Of a stretch of DNA of 64,000 nucleotides, positions 35,641-48,140 are shown piece after piece (positions within the stretch are counted from its first letter, which is position 1; each line of letters starts with the position of its first letter). The notes below the pieces were generated by a model. It had not been told where the DNA came from. It did no database searches and saw only the letters and a program-made list of their open reading frames with translations. Made by a program: the position numbers and the translations under genes. This DNA is from Callorhinchus milii (Eukaryota): assembly GCF_018977255.1 (NCBI RefSeq), contig NW_024704768.1:1674001-1738000 (forward strand), read 5' to 3'.

Positions 35641-38600
35641 GGTATTGAGGGGAGGTATGTGGACGTAAAGACTGCTGCAAAAACTCAAGATGATGGAAGA
35701 AATGGAAGGTGCGGATTAATATCGTTTGCCCTCCTCTTTATTTGAAATAAATAAAGCCTCTTCACGGTTTAAATACATGCGCCGTGAGGGGTGAGTCGAG
35801 GTTACCTTCACACAGGTAACAATATGGGGCAAGAGGAGGTGAGTCTGGATGGAAATACAAAATGAGAAAGGGGGAGGGGGGAGTACAAGAGTAATAAATT
35901 TGAAGACGATTAGACTTTTTTTTCAAAAAAAAGGTATATTATGGTAACTTAAAGACGCGTCATCTAACAAATGTCTATTGCGTCATATTCACACAACGTA
36001 TGCACTCCCAGTTGGGAACAAGTCAAGAAAATTGACGGTTAATTGCGAGTTTCTTTCAATTTTATTTTATTTCACCATACAAAAAAAGATAGAGATTGTC
36101 AAAATCAGACCCAGGTGCAAGAAATCAGGAAGCGGGTTTGCAGGGAGGAGACAAACGAAGGCTAATTTAACTATAAGCATATCTTGCTAAGTAGCTTTAA
36201 CACGTAAATCACGCGAGGGAGAACTGATATAGTGCTAGGTTAAAATTAATTGGATTTATTTGGCCTTAAAAGGAAACAAAATGCAGGTAGCGACTGGAAC
36301 ACGAGTGAATAAGACATTCCGAACATTGGGTGTCAAAGGGCTTTATGACTGTCTAGGCCGCAGACTGGGGACTAAAGTTTTCATTTTATGATTTCCGAAT
36401 CAATTCGGTTAGTCTTATTTACCAGGTCAGCCATTTGCAATGTTTTAAAATTACTATTTCCACAAGGAACTCAACCTGGATGACTCAAAAAAAGGTTTCG
36501 GATTAAAATAATGGAAGCATCACAACACGTTTGGTGCAATATTTGCTTAAATATATTCAGTGCTGGTATGGACACGGCTTTTGCGATACATGGGTAAATG
36601 CCATTGGTCTTGTACATAGCAATGAAGCAGTCAGATTCACTATGTCCCCGTGTAAATGCACACAAACATAACATGCCAATGTACTATTTCTGTTCCACCC
36701 TATGGATGCAGTTTCTCTCTGGAACACGATCCGAATTCAGTATCACACTCTTCCTGGTCTGTGTCATTGCGTGAAATTCCTAATCCGGTCTTGGCACATT
36801 GCAAAGTGGCAAAGAAAAGTGTATTAAAATCAAGTGAAATTGTTATTCGTTTCAATATCATTCCATCCCATTCCACCAATGAGTACTTTTTTAAAAATAA
36901 TACATACGTAGGAGCTACACGACCAGCAATGAAATAACCCCTCCCCAAATAAACCCACACAACTAAAAAATTCTAGTAAAATAAAATAATGTAAGTTAGC
37001 AGTTAGAACCTTGATAATGGTGTGTTAGTGTCTAGCGCAATTCCACATGAACTCCCCATGATGTGAGGCGGCTCACCTTCTTTTCCCAAACACAAAGCGA
37101 TGTTGACTTTTTGAACATATATATAAAAAAAAGTTCATTTGTGAAACTTCGACAAACCAAAGAAAAAGTCAAAATCGAATATTGAACTGGACTGGTTTTA
37201 TTAGTGAGGCGTCAGGGAATAGTCAGTGTGTGAGTATGTGTATGTGTTTATGTGTCTGTATCTGTGCTAATATGTTTATTAGAGATTAGTGAAAGTGCAG
37301 AGTCGGGCTTTTAAATTGTGGCTTTTACTTTCTTTTTTTAAAAAAAAGGTACTTATATAATGTGTTGTGAATTCAGGGTAGTTTGAAAGGATTCAGAATA
37401 TTTACCCAATGCCAAGGAAACTCTAAGACGGCAGTCATTCTGCACTCACAAAAAAAAATGTTGAGAAAAACAAAGCATCTCGCCAATTACTGAGCCAAAA
37501 ATCAACAAGGTAAAAGAAAATGGCTATTTTTAAAGTCAGGAATTTTCAGGATTCACGCAAAAAAGAGTCCTAGGGTACATTATATACCTCGGTCGATAAA
37601 TATCGGTTGAGAGTCCAAAACCTACCTAAGTTCAGTTGAAATCGTAAAACGCCAAATGGCTGTGTATATAGGATTGTAATTACAGCACCAAAGTGGATCT
37701 TATTATTTAACTTTTTGTTGTTAACCAAAAGTATATTCTGATTTTAAAATAATTGTTTTTTGTTTGCTTATTGGCGTTCTGAATACTAAACGAAATGAAT
37801 GAACTAAATCCACCCCAAGCGCACGACCCCGCGCCTCTCATTTCACTCCTAATTAAGCAACACTTAAAAGCATTTTGTTTTATCTGTGAAAATATAAATA
37901 AATTGCTCGCTGTTAACGGAAACGGCTTTTCATTTTCGTCTTGAATTACCGACAAGACTGATGCTTTTGCAATCGATAATCAAGTCGATCCTGGCAATGT
38001 CTTCGCGTCTTAAATCCTTACAGATACCTTAAGAGAAACTCCAAAACTACATCTAACCTCGCAATCCACTGGATTTTAAAGTCTAATTGCGTTAATTAAA
38101 ACCGGAAGGCTATTATTATATTTTTAAATAATAAAACGCGTAATTATATATCATGTATCCTGTTCCCATTTCATTGCGTTGAGCACTTCACATCCTTATC
38201 AAAGGAACACATAGCTTACAATGTCAACGAAAATCAAACAGAAAAGTTCCCATGAACCGTATAAAATTAAATGTGGGCTCCATAAATGTCTCATCTATTT
38301 ATGTTTCACAATCTTAACATTTACAGTTGTAATAAAAATCACAATAAAATTTTAAGACTAGCGAGTTCCCCAGCGCGGATTCCTCCTAACATGAGTTTAC
38401 ACTTCCTGACCTGACACTTGTATCATTATCACGAAATTATTTATAAATATATTTATGATTCTTTCTAGTAGATTAATATTGCTTGTACAGCAGTGTCTTT
38501 TGCCAAGGTCCTGATCATAAATGTGTCCAAAGATTTATGCCCGTCGCTTGTAAAAACTTTTTTTTTTTGCATCGTAAAAATAAGCAAAGCTTCGTTTCCA

Positions 38601-39449
38601 AGTGTATCCGAGAGCATGGGACAAATTGTGACGTTGTGTGTTTCCTCTTTAATTGCTACTTAAATCGAATTCGTTTGCGAGCAAACTGTGTGTGGCTAAA
38701 ATTGTGCAGATTTGCTTGTCAAAATGTTGTCTTTCTGTGTTTTATTTTTTAAGGAAAGTTAAGACATACAAATAAAATGCGACGGGTCATGTTGCGATTC
38801 ACCAGTCTGTAAACTTTTCCTCATGTCGAATCTAAATGTTATAAAATAAAACGCATTTTTAACCCCATTTAAAAATTGTATTTGCTTGAATAGAATGGGT
38901 GGACAGTATTTTAAAACGCGTCAGTCGGTCCTGTTGCAATTCAGTCCTCTAAAAAGTAGTCAGTGTTGAAAAAAAAGACCCGAAAGACTACTCTCCTTGT
39001 TTCGCTAAAGATTGATTTAGTATATTGGTAAGTTGCACGACTCTAATATGTTTCTTTCCTCGTGAAAACAAGAGCCCACTCTTTATGGGGCCTCCAAATA
39101 ATGCCAGGATTTGGGCCATCAGGCGAGTGAAACCGCTTTACTTTTGAGCAAGATTGCCACCTAGCGTCCGTTTCTGGGATGCACACGCCTTCGGGACCTA
39201 TTTTCTCTGCAATGTCACGAACGCATGTGAACACACAACACGGCTTACACGCTCCACATGTATGACACAAATGGGGGCGCATATTTACACGAATCCGAGC
39301 TGCCCTTTTTTTTTCCAATGCACATTGCCGTGTGAGTCGAGTAATATATATATATATATATATTTTTCTCTCTCTCTCCCTCTCTCTCTCTGGGTTCTTT
39401 TGATCTCTTTCGCCACATTGGAGCCTCTGCGTTTCCAGCTTGCAGACAA

Positions 39450-39680
39450 AACACGAGAAATAATCGAGTTTCAGAGGCCAGCGTGCTCACGTTCATTAAA
39501 CCATAAAGTAATTACAGGCAGACGTCTAGCCTGTCCTTCTGGTTCTTTCTGTCTATTGCCGTCTCATCCACAGCAATGGGATAAACAGGGTTATAAATAC
39601 CGAGCTCCTCTTCCGGAAGCTTTTCTCTCCCCTAGCTTCTAGATAAAAGGCTGTAAGCAAGACCATTATCTGAAAACTTC
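39450..39680 (-). promoter_or_regulatory. Hoxc8 early enhancer orthologue
   Basis: About 4.2 kb 5' of the HoxC8 ATG. Minus strand has TTTATAACCCTGTTTAT, then GGCTAGACGTCTGCCTGTAATTACTTTATGGTTTAA, matching the recalled mouse early-enhancer core (TTTTATGGCCCTGTTTGT...GGCTAGACGTCTGGGCTTAATTGTTTTATGGTTTAA) in order and approximate spacing. Confidence 0.85.
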
Positions 39681-42255
39681 CTGGAGAAAAATCCAATAAA
39701 ATCGTTTTTCCCCCTTTTTTATTCACCCAAAAAGGCGATAAACGCAGGGGAGAATGCGTGTTAGAGTCGCTTAGAACTGGGGCCAGAATATATATATATT
39801 TCTCTCTATATATACAAACAACGAAAATATTTAATCGAAAGGAAGCGAGACTATTACACAAGACCTTTTGAAATATAAATTCCTTTTCGCAATACTTTAC
39901 GAACGGCAGCGAATGCTTACTTTATCTATTTTGGTTCAACATCATTTACTTGTTTTGTAAGAAAGAATAGATTTCTGAGCGCTAATGTTCGATGACAATT
40001 TTTGTTTCAACTCTGCTTCTAAACCGAAGCCGTTCATGTTTCAAGTTGAGCTGCAAAAAACAGGGATTAAAAACGGGTTTCACGATGGAAATAATCCCAT
40101 GTGCCTCTTTGTTAGTGCTTCCAGTGTAAAATCAAAATCAATTTTTTTTTGTAAAGGTCAGTACAATTCAAGTGCAGGGATATATTAATCTGAAAGCAGT
40201 AAGCAAGCTCTTATGCGATTACCACCAATAGTTTCCATGGGAGCTGCACATTGCCATTAACACAGCCGAGGAAATTGCGGATCATTCATTAACATTTTAG
40301 CCAAACGAAAATGCTGAGAAACTAGGTGTATTTTCTCACCCTGAGTATCCTTTCCGTATCACATGTATGATATCTGTTACAAAACATAATATATCTCGAT
40401 ATTATAGCTTCTCTTGAATTTAGGGAAGGCACATTTCTCCCTGTCTCTGTCTTGTTTATCTCCTGCAATGCAACACTGCGAACAAATACACACAAATCCA
40501 TTCTCTCATTTTCTCCACATCTCTCTGCAACAGTCGAACGCACACAAGTGTGAAGAGTTGAATATGTCACCAGGGATAAGACAATATATTTGAGAATATG
40601 TATGTTAAGTTGTAGACACACCACAAACAAACACACGTGCAGAGCGATGGAATTCTATCTGCGTTACATTTCAGACCAGCAATTTGCACAGTGTTTCCAA
40701 TGGAGAAAGAGAGGAGCTTTGAGGACATATCTTCTGAATAGTGGCGGCCAGACTATGACAAACTAGAGATCATCAATGGCTAGAAATGTGGCAGCAAAAT
40801 GCCACGTTTCTCGCCATTTGAAATGATTTCGAATTTGAAGTTAAAACGTTCAGGACAAACGTTCGCTTACACGCTTTTCAAAAAGCACTTTTTCAAGGGG
40901 GGGAAAGGATCCGAAGGCGAGTTCCGAAGTTGGGCAGAAATCTCAATTGCAGATTGCATTAAAAATTGTGGAACAAAAGTGAGTGAACACGAATATCATT
41001 TTTTTTTAGAAAAAAAACTTGTTTCCGTTTCCGTGTAAGAGCATCTCATGGTTTGTGTGTAGTTAAATTAATAAAACTAATAATAATATTTTGCAATAAG
41101 AAACCCATTCACGAATGTTATATACATTTCCATTACACTCACTTAAAAAAAACACTGAGGCGCATTTGTAAGGCAATCAAATTTAACAATTAGGATTTAA
41201 CAAGTGTCGCTGTGTATACGCACTATTCCACAGGAATCTGGATTTTTACAGAATTTCTGCTGCTTTTTGTTAACGATTTCGACGATTTTATAATGCAACC
41301 TATTAATGCAATAGCACCTGTGAAACATCTGGATTTCTTTTGTATAGTTAGAAAAACAAACCACTTTTGTATTCATCCAAAATTTTGCTTAAATGATAAC
41401 ACTGGTTGGGTATTACCCTCAATCGCTTACAGTCTGAGACATGCAAAAACCCTGAGAAAAATACGCAAGTAAAAAAAAAATTCGCCTACTTTTAGAATGG
41501 AGTTCATTTAAAATGTATTTTTGTGAACAAAAGTGAAACTCCACTATTCTTAAATCTAGTTAAATTAATTCGCTGGAATATGAAAACATCTTTTGTACTA
41601 GAAGCTTCTTTTTTTGCTCTTTTGTTTTTCTGTTCATTTGCAGCTCCCGAAAGAGGGATGAATTGTGAATTTACTTTTATTAAAGATATTGTTTTTGACC
41701 GGATTAGGTTTTGAAAATTGCCATCGAAAACACATCATGCGCCACCTCTGCTCGCTTGTGTGTTGTCCAAGCACATTTTTATTAAATGAGATTAAACAAT
41801 GAAGACCCCTTTGGAGTTAGGATTCAAATATATTTAAATAGATCTACGGACTACAACGAAAATATAACATCACAAAAATAGTGACAAAAACAGTTATTGG
41901 ACTAATAAAATATCCAAGACAGAAACGAACAATTGACACAGTTTTCTTTCTGCACCTCGGTACAAAAAAATGTGTGTAACACACTCACGACGCCTAATAT
42001 ATAACATAAACAAGTGTGATTAAAACTTACACTTTTTTAAATAATAGAAATTCAAGTATTCTTTAAACAAAATGGAGTTTCGGGTCGACTGACGGAGTGA
42101 GTTTTTCTGTGGTATATTTTGCACACAGGACAATGATGGGAGGGGATGGAGGGAGGGAAGTTTTGGTAAATTAATTTAATAGGAAAAAAAAGCGCACAGT
42201 CCTCAGTTCCGAACTTTTAATATGGCGATATTATTAATATTTTAATAATGTCACG

Positions 42256-42506
42256 TCAGTTTTCATTGCTGGTCTTGTCGCTCTTTTCCTTGTTCATTTT
42301 TTTCATCTTCATCCTCCTGTTTTGAAACCATATTTTGACTTGTCGCTCAGTCAGATTAAGCACCCTGGCAACTTCATAGCGACGGTCCCTCGTTAAATAC
42401 ATATTGAACAAAAATTCCTTCTCCAACTCAAGGGTTTGGTATTTGGTGTAAGGGCACCGTTTCTTCCTTGTGGATCGAGCGTGTATCCAATTTGCTGCAG
42501 GGTTAC
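42256..42506 (-). CDS. HOXC9: Homeobox protein Hox-C9, coding exon 2 (homeobox)
   Basis: Acceptor TTTTCAG|GT gives [83 protein letters not shown] is typical of HoxC9. Confidence 0.96.
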
Positions 42507-43086
42507 CTGAAAACAAGGTAGGAATTGGGTCAATATTGAACTTCCATTTGCACGACAGAAAACAACTCTAGACACTCCAAAACCCACACAAACATGAAGG
42601 GAAAATGGACACAGATAATACATTCAAATTTTAAATACTTCAGTTAATTACGCCTCTCTCTTTCTGTGTTTAAGGCACCGCCTCATCCTCGTAGTAAAAC
42701 TCACAGATTTAAGAGCATTCTCACTATATTTTTCGCTTCTTCCGGGTGACTTGGAGAAGTTAGTTTACTTTTAGTGTGTTAAGGGACGGTGGGGAGGGTG
42801 GGGTGGGAGCTTTAGAATAGCACTCGAGGCTATAAAATACACAGCCGTTGCTTTCCACGCGTCTAACAGGGAAGAACCTCTCGGCTTCTAGGCATAAGTG
42901 GTTCCGTTTATGAACCAACATTGCATTAAAGTAAAAAATAGAAGCCTTTTATGAGAGGTAGGTGAAACTATTATGTGTTTAATGGGCGTAAGACAGTGGC
43001 CTAGCACCTGTTTATCGGTTTATTCCGACATTCTCAGGTTTTAGCAAAACCCCTTTGAACATGTTTTTCTTGGTTCACATAAATTG

Positions 43087-43206
43087 GCCCACAAAATACA
43101 CAGTCAATCCGCTTTACAGTATATTCTGTGAAGCTCTCTGAGAAGTCTCGAAAAAGTGATAAGGCGCTATGTCAAATACAAGGATTATTACATGATTATT
43201 ATTATT
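43087..43206 (+). mobile_element. 5'-truncated SINE tail inside the HoxC9 intron (antisense to gene)
   Basis: GCCCACAAAATACACAGTCAATCCGCTTTACAGTATATTCTGTGAAG...GATAAGGCGCTATGTCAAATACAAGGATTATT. Confidence 0.85.
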
Positions 43207-43871
43207 AATTGCCGAATTGTTCCAGGGGGTCAATATTCGCCTGTAATGCACTGTACATCTAAACAAACCGCTCTACTTGCTCGGGGTCTTTTTTTCAATG
43301 ATGTGCCATGTGACTGAAACTTATTATTTTGGAATGAGCCTTCCTATTTTTTCCCCTCCTGTTCAGTTTCTCTCTTCTATTCTGTTCTGCTAACGAGACT
43401 GAACATGAGAATCGGGGTCATTTGCATTATATACACAACATTTGCTGAACGCGTGAAGGCCAGAGACCCCGAGATGAGTCACTTCATCCTAGTTGCTTTC
43501 TCCCCTCTCCCCCTTCCCCCTCTCGTGTTTATCCCTTATATTCAGGTGTTAAATGACATTTTGACATTCTTTTCTCTCACACAACGAACCGAATTGTGGT
43601 CATTTTCAGGTGCAAATGGGCACCTTGGCTTTCCACTGAACTACAGAGCATATCAGCAGCGTCCACAGCAGTGAACGGGAAACTTAATTAAATTGTCCTA
43701 GAAATACGTGGCTCCCGGTTTAAAACGAGCAAAGATGCTCCCAGGTATATAGGCTACGCTGTGTATTCATGCACTTCTGGTCAGGGGTAATTTAGTACCT
43801 TTGGACAGAGTGTCATGTAGCCAGTGTATAATCTCCCGGTTGTAAATAACTTTGATGTTGCAAGTACTTAC

Positions 43872-44409
43872 TCGGATCAATTTCCGTCTTTTCGTCTTTG
43901 TGCTTGGCTGAAACCATGGTCTCCGAACCTGGGGACGGGATGCTTTGCAAAATCTTATCTGTTGAAGATCCGTAGATGTAGTCTGTGAAGCTGCGGCCGT
44001 CGGTGCACTCGCTTCTCCTCCCCGGGAAGCTCTCGGGCTTAACCCCATAGTGCCTGCCGGTGGACGGGAAGCCGTGGTGGAACGGCACGGGGCCTGAGAT
44101 AGGCTCCAGCCAAGAGCGCATGTACCTGGTGTCAGTCCCCAGATGAGGCTGGTGGGAGTAGGGGTGATACACGCCGGTGACGGCCACCGATGACTGGGAG
44201 TGCGCGGGAGCCCAGGTCGTGGTAAAAACTGGCGGTTTGGGAGTGAAACTACACGATGGGAAATCTGTACAATCAGGGACTAATCCCGCAGGTCGTGGAG
44301 CTGGAGGGTGCGACCCAGAGGCGGCGAAGCGAGCCGCGAACATCTCTTCGTTCTCATGGTTTATAATCGAGTCGACATAGTAGTTAGTGAGAGCACCACT
44401 TGTCGACAT
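43872..44409 (-). CDS. HOXC9: Homeobox protein Hox-C9, coding exon 1 (538 nt; spliced protein 262 aa)
   Basis: MSTSGALTNYYVDSII...LVPDCTDFPSCSF...HLGTDTRYMRSWLEP...RHYGVKPESFPGRR. Donor CCGA|GTAAGT, phase 1. Confidence 0.96.
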
Positions 44410-44550
44410 TGTGGCTTACATTTAAGGGAATATTCTAGCAGAGTGTATGTATACTTTCTTATCTCCTATACAACAATCAAAGCAGGTAATTATTTTTTTG
44501 CTGGGCTCCTCACTCTGCCATTGGTCTCCGCACCTCACGTGGGCCCTATT
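44410..44550 (-). promoter_or_regulatory. HoxC9 5'UTR and proximal promoter
   Basis: CACGTG (44536-41) with ATTGG (44520-24). The leader contains AAAATAATTACCTGCTTTGATTGTT, recalled as conserved in Hox9 leaders. Confidence 0.65.
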
Positions 44551-47500
44551 TGTCAAAAAAAATTGCAGTGGGGGGAATCAATGCGCCAGACTCGATCTGT
44601 TTAATATTGGGATTTTTTTTTAGAAAAGGGGGGGGGGGGGGGTGGGTGGTGGTGGTGGTGGGGTGGGGGTGGGGGGGGGGGGAGAGGGAGGGGGGGGGTG
44701 AATGACTGGTGGCTAAACAGCATTATCATATTAACAAGACAAGAAAAGGGCTTTTGCAAAACATGAGCTTTTTAAAAATTAAAGTTACTTCATATCAGTC
44801 CACCCCAGGCGTGTTTAATGCGCCTGAATTCTATTCACCACCTTCAAAAAAAAGGGGACTACTTCTTTGCTCAATTAATCTCAGACTCGCGCTATAGCTG
44901 GCGAGTATGCATTGGATCCTTGACAAAAATCGAATTAAAATGCATAATTATTACATACGGCTAATAATACGGTCAGAAAAAACCACACCGCATCGTGTGC
45001 ATTTGCAAATTCCAAAGAACCTTGGGAACTTTGCTCGAAGCTTCGCTCGGATTAAATGACCAGATTTTGAAAAGGTGGGGGGGGAAAAGAATTTTACATA
45101 TAAATAGTTTTGAATACTATATGCATCCACAAGCAGACTTTTCTGCCAGAGTATCCGTGTAAACGTGCATTGAGTGACTTGGGTAGATTTCCAAGCCCTT
45201 GCCTCCATGGTGGTTAGACTCAACAACCACTCGTGAATGTTTTTTATGCTTTTCCGTAAAGTTTTACGATGAGCATTTGATTGTTCATAAACGTGTCGTT
45301 AATAAAAACAACAGACGCGCTTTCTATGGCATAAACCCCTCAGCCCTTGTTACGCGAGTGTGAGATTTTGGAAAGAGCAAAGCGGTTGCAATCAGTAGTA
45401 CTTGTTCAGCTACCAGTAAAGTCATTTCAGAAACTAAGAAGAAGGAAGTGGAGAGGAGGGGAGGTGGAGGAAGGGGAAAAAAAGTTTTTGATTGTCGCTT
45501 TTTTATTTTATTCTATATATATATAAACAACTTAAATAAATCAATGTTGCTTAGAGCTAATGCTAGGCTTGTTTGTTCCCACGACTTGAAATTTTCCGCA
45601 CATTTTATATTGAATCCCAGCGTGGAGGATTCTCAGTTGACATGAACAGAAATTATATATCTATATGTGTGTGTCAGTAAAAGCAGTTTCTCTGGCATTT
45701 GGGGTTCAACGTTAAGAAACGAAGAGTCAAAATGGAAATGTATGACTCTCCTACTGTCTCGTTCTCTCCCCTTCCTTTCAATACTTAGCAAGTGTATCTA
45801 ATTGCAGTCACTTAATGGATGTTTAGATTTGTCAAATTTTGTCAGGATTTCAATATTGCAAGAGAAAGTGATGCGGGCATGACAGCGTTTAAGGAACACT
45901 CAGCTCGCTGTAAGTTTGATATTTTAATCTTGGCTTTCAGAACCCAAACGAGGGATTTTTTTCAATATTAAATATTCAATTTATTGTCTGAATTTAATTT
46001 CCAATGTCAGCTGCTTCGAAGTGGTGGGATTTACTGATCTGATCTATATTATTGGAAAGGATTTTTTTTCACAACCTGCTTTCTGTACACATATCAGTTT
46101 GAGAAAGAGAGAGAGAGAGAGATGGGGGGGGGGGGGGGGGGGGGGGATATAGAGAGGGGAAAGGGAGAAGGGAAGATAGCGATAAAGAGATAGCAATAAA
46201 GAGGTAGAATGAGAGATACATTGAGAGGGAATAAAATGAGTAACAGAGAGCGAGACAGGCGGCATCTGAGAGACGTGGAGAGACAGCGAGCGAGGGAAAG
46301 TGGTAGAGCGACAGAGGGAGAGATACATAGAGAAAAATAAAACAAGCGGTCAGAAAGAAAAAGGGAGAGAGAGACACATAGGGAGCAGCAATTAAATATA
46401 TTCCTGTTTGAAAAAAACAGTTACTTAACAATCAGAAACAAATATTTGCAATAATCAAATTCTTTGAAACTTAGGACGAGACAAGTTAACCATATAATTG
46501 CAATTGGTGTTTTCAGCAGGCGCTTTGCTTAGACACCAAAAAACATGAAGTGCAGCTAATTTAGCTTCGGTGTGTTTGCAAAAATAAATAAGCTAATTTC
46601 TAAACATCTTCATGATTCATTGTGGCCTATCTTTCTACAGATACAAACACCCTACTTTTAAAAGAATAACAACGTCGGATTTGAACAGCTTAGATAGAAA
46701 CAGACAGCTCCTTCAGAAAAGTACACACACATCTTTTTAAAGCTATTTAAAGGAATGTGATATACCTTTCTACATAGCAAAACGAATTCAAATATATACA
46801 CGTGTATGCAGCTAAAACAAATTTACATTATACCGGATAACATTATCCGTTGAGTTGTATGCATTTTGATATAAAACATTCTCATGCTATTTACATGTAT
46901 AGACAGACAAGAGAATATGCAATCTAATTCTGTGTTGCGTAATGAAACATATCATTGCATGTATGCACAATAAACGCACATACGTGCACACAGATGTACA
47001 TGCATGTTGAACCTATTCACTGATATTTAGTGGTTAAAGCACAGAAAAGGAAGGCAGTAATAGCGTCTCCAGTTCACAGTCAGCACGAGAAAACAGCAAT
47101 AGACCAAAAGTACTGATAAAGTCCAAACATATATTTTCTTAATGACCTAAAGTGATAATTTCGAATGCAAAAGGCAGAGATTTAACAACACCACAGCTGT
47201 CATGGGCGCACATAATATGCAAACAGAACATTTGTAAAACCAATTTACAACGCTGATAACGAAAGGCGATATTTTTGGAGGGGGAGAGAGAGAGTGAGAG
47301 AGAGAGAAAGAGAGACAGAGCTGAAAATTTCGGAGTCAGAGCTTCCCTCTCTTTGTTTGTCAGTAAAGTTCACGTCGTTTCATTCTACAGGAGAGAGACC
47401 AGTGCGTGACAACAGGAGTTTAAAGAGGGCTCAGTTAGAAAAAAAGAGAGTCTATTGTTTGCTTTCATGTGGCGAGCCTCCTGGAGGGTAATATTACGTC

Positions 47501-48094
47501 TAGGTATGTGTTTGTGTGACAATAAGTGGTCTGAAAGCCTCTTTGGAGGGTTAATAGTGTGGTAAACTTCTGTGGCACTAAAAAGTTCTTAGCGCGCGAT
47601 CAGTACAGACAGAATTGTCTAGGATTGTCAAGCATCCTCGCCCGCGTCCCTTCAAATTACCCCCAATATGGACAACAAGGGAATTGAGCGTGTTTTTTTT
47701 TAAAAAAAGACTATGTCTCAGCAGTTTTCCGCAAGTCTTGCATGCAGATTTTGATTTCAGAAGGGGCCAGAGTCGCTACATATCTCCAGCGCCCTTCAAT
47801 CAGAAATTGCGTCGATTCTTAATTCTTACTTCCATGTTCCCAAATTGGGAAGCCCGACAGCTTACATTTTTAAATAGGAATTTTAACCCCAGAACCACAG
47901 CTTTTCACAGAACCTTTTTGGCAACGATGCGTCCTATCCATTTAGCTCAGCAGCTAATCTTCCGCTTGTTAATATCTCTGTGGATCGGTTGTCTTCAGGC
48001 CTGGATATACACATTTTCCCCCAATGGCTGCTCATGAGGTACCACGACACATGGAAAGAAAATAGTGTCTTGTTTCTCTTTCTTTCTTTCTCTC

Positions 48095-48140
<46 letters not shown>

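Noticed and set aside
41739-41755. CTCF-like GCGCCACCTCT (also 25326-25340)
   Set aside because: Only half of the motif matches.
43813-43871. Exon-1 ORF read-through into introns (all five genes)
   Set aside because: Consensus donors at the conserved positions explain where homology ends.
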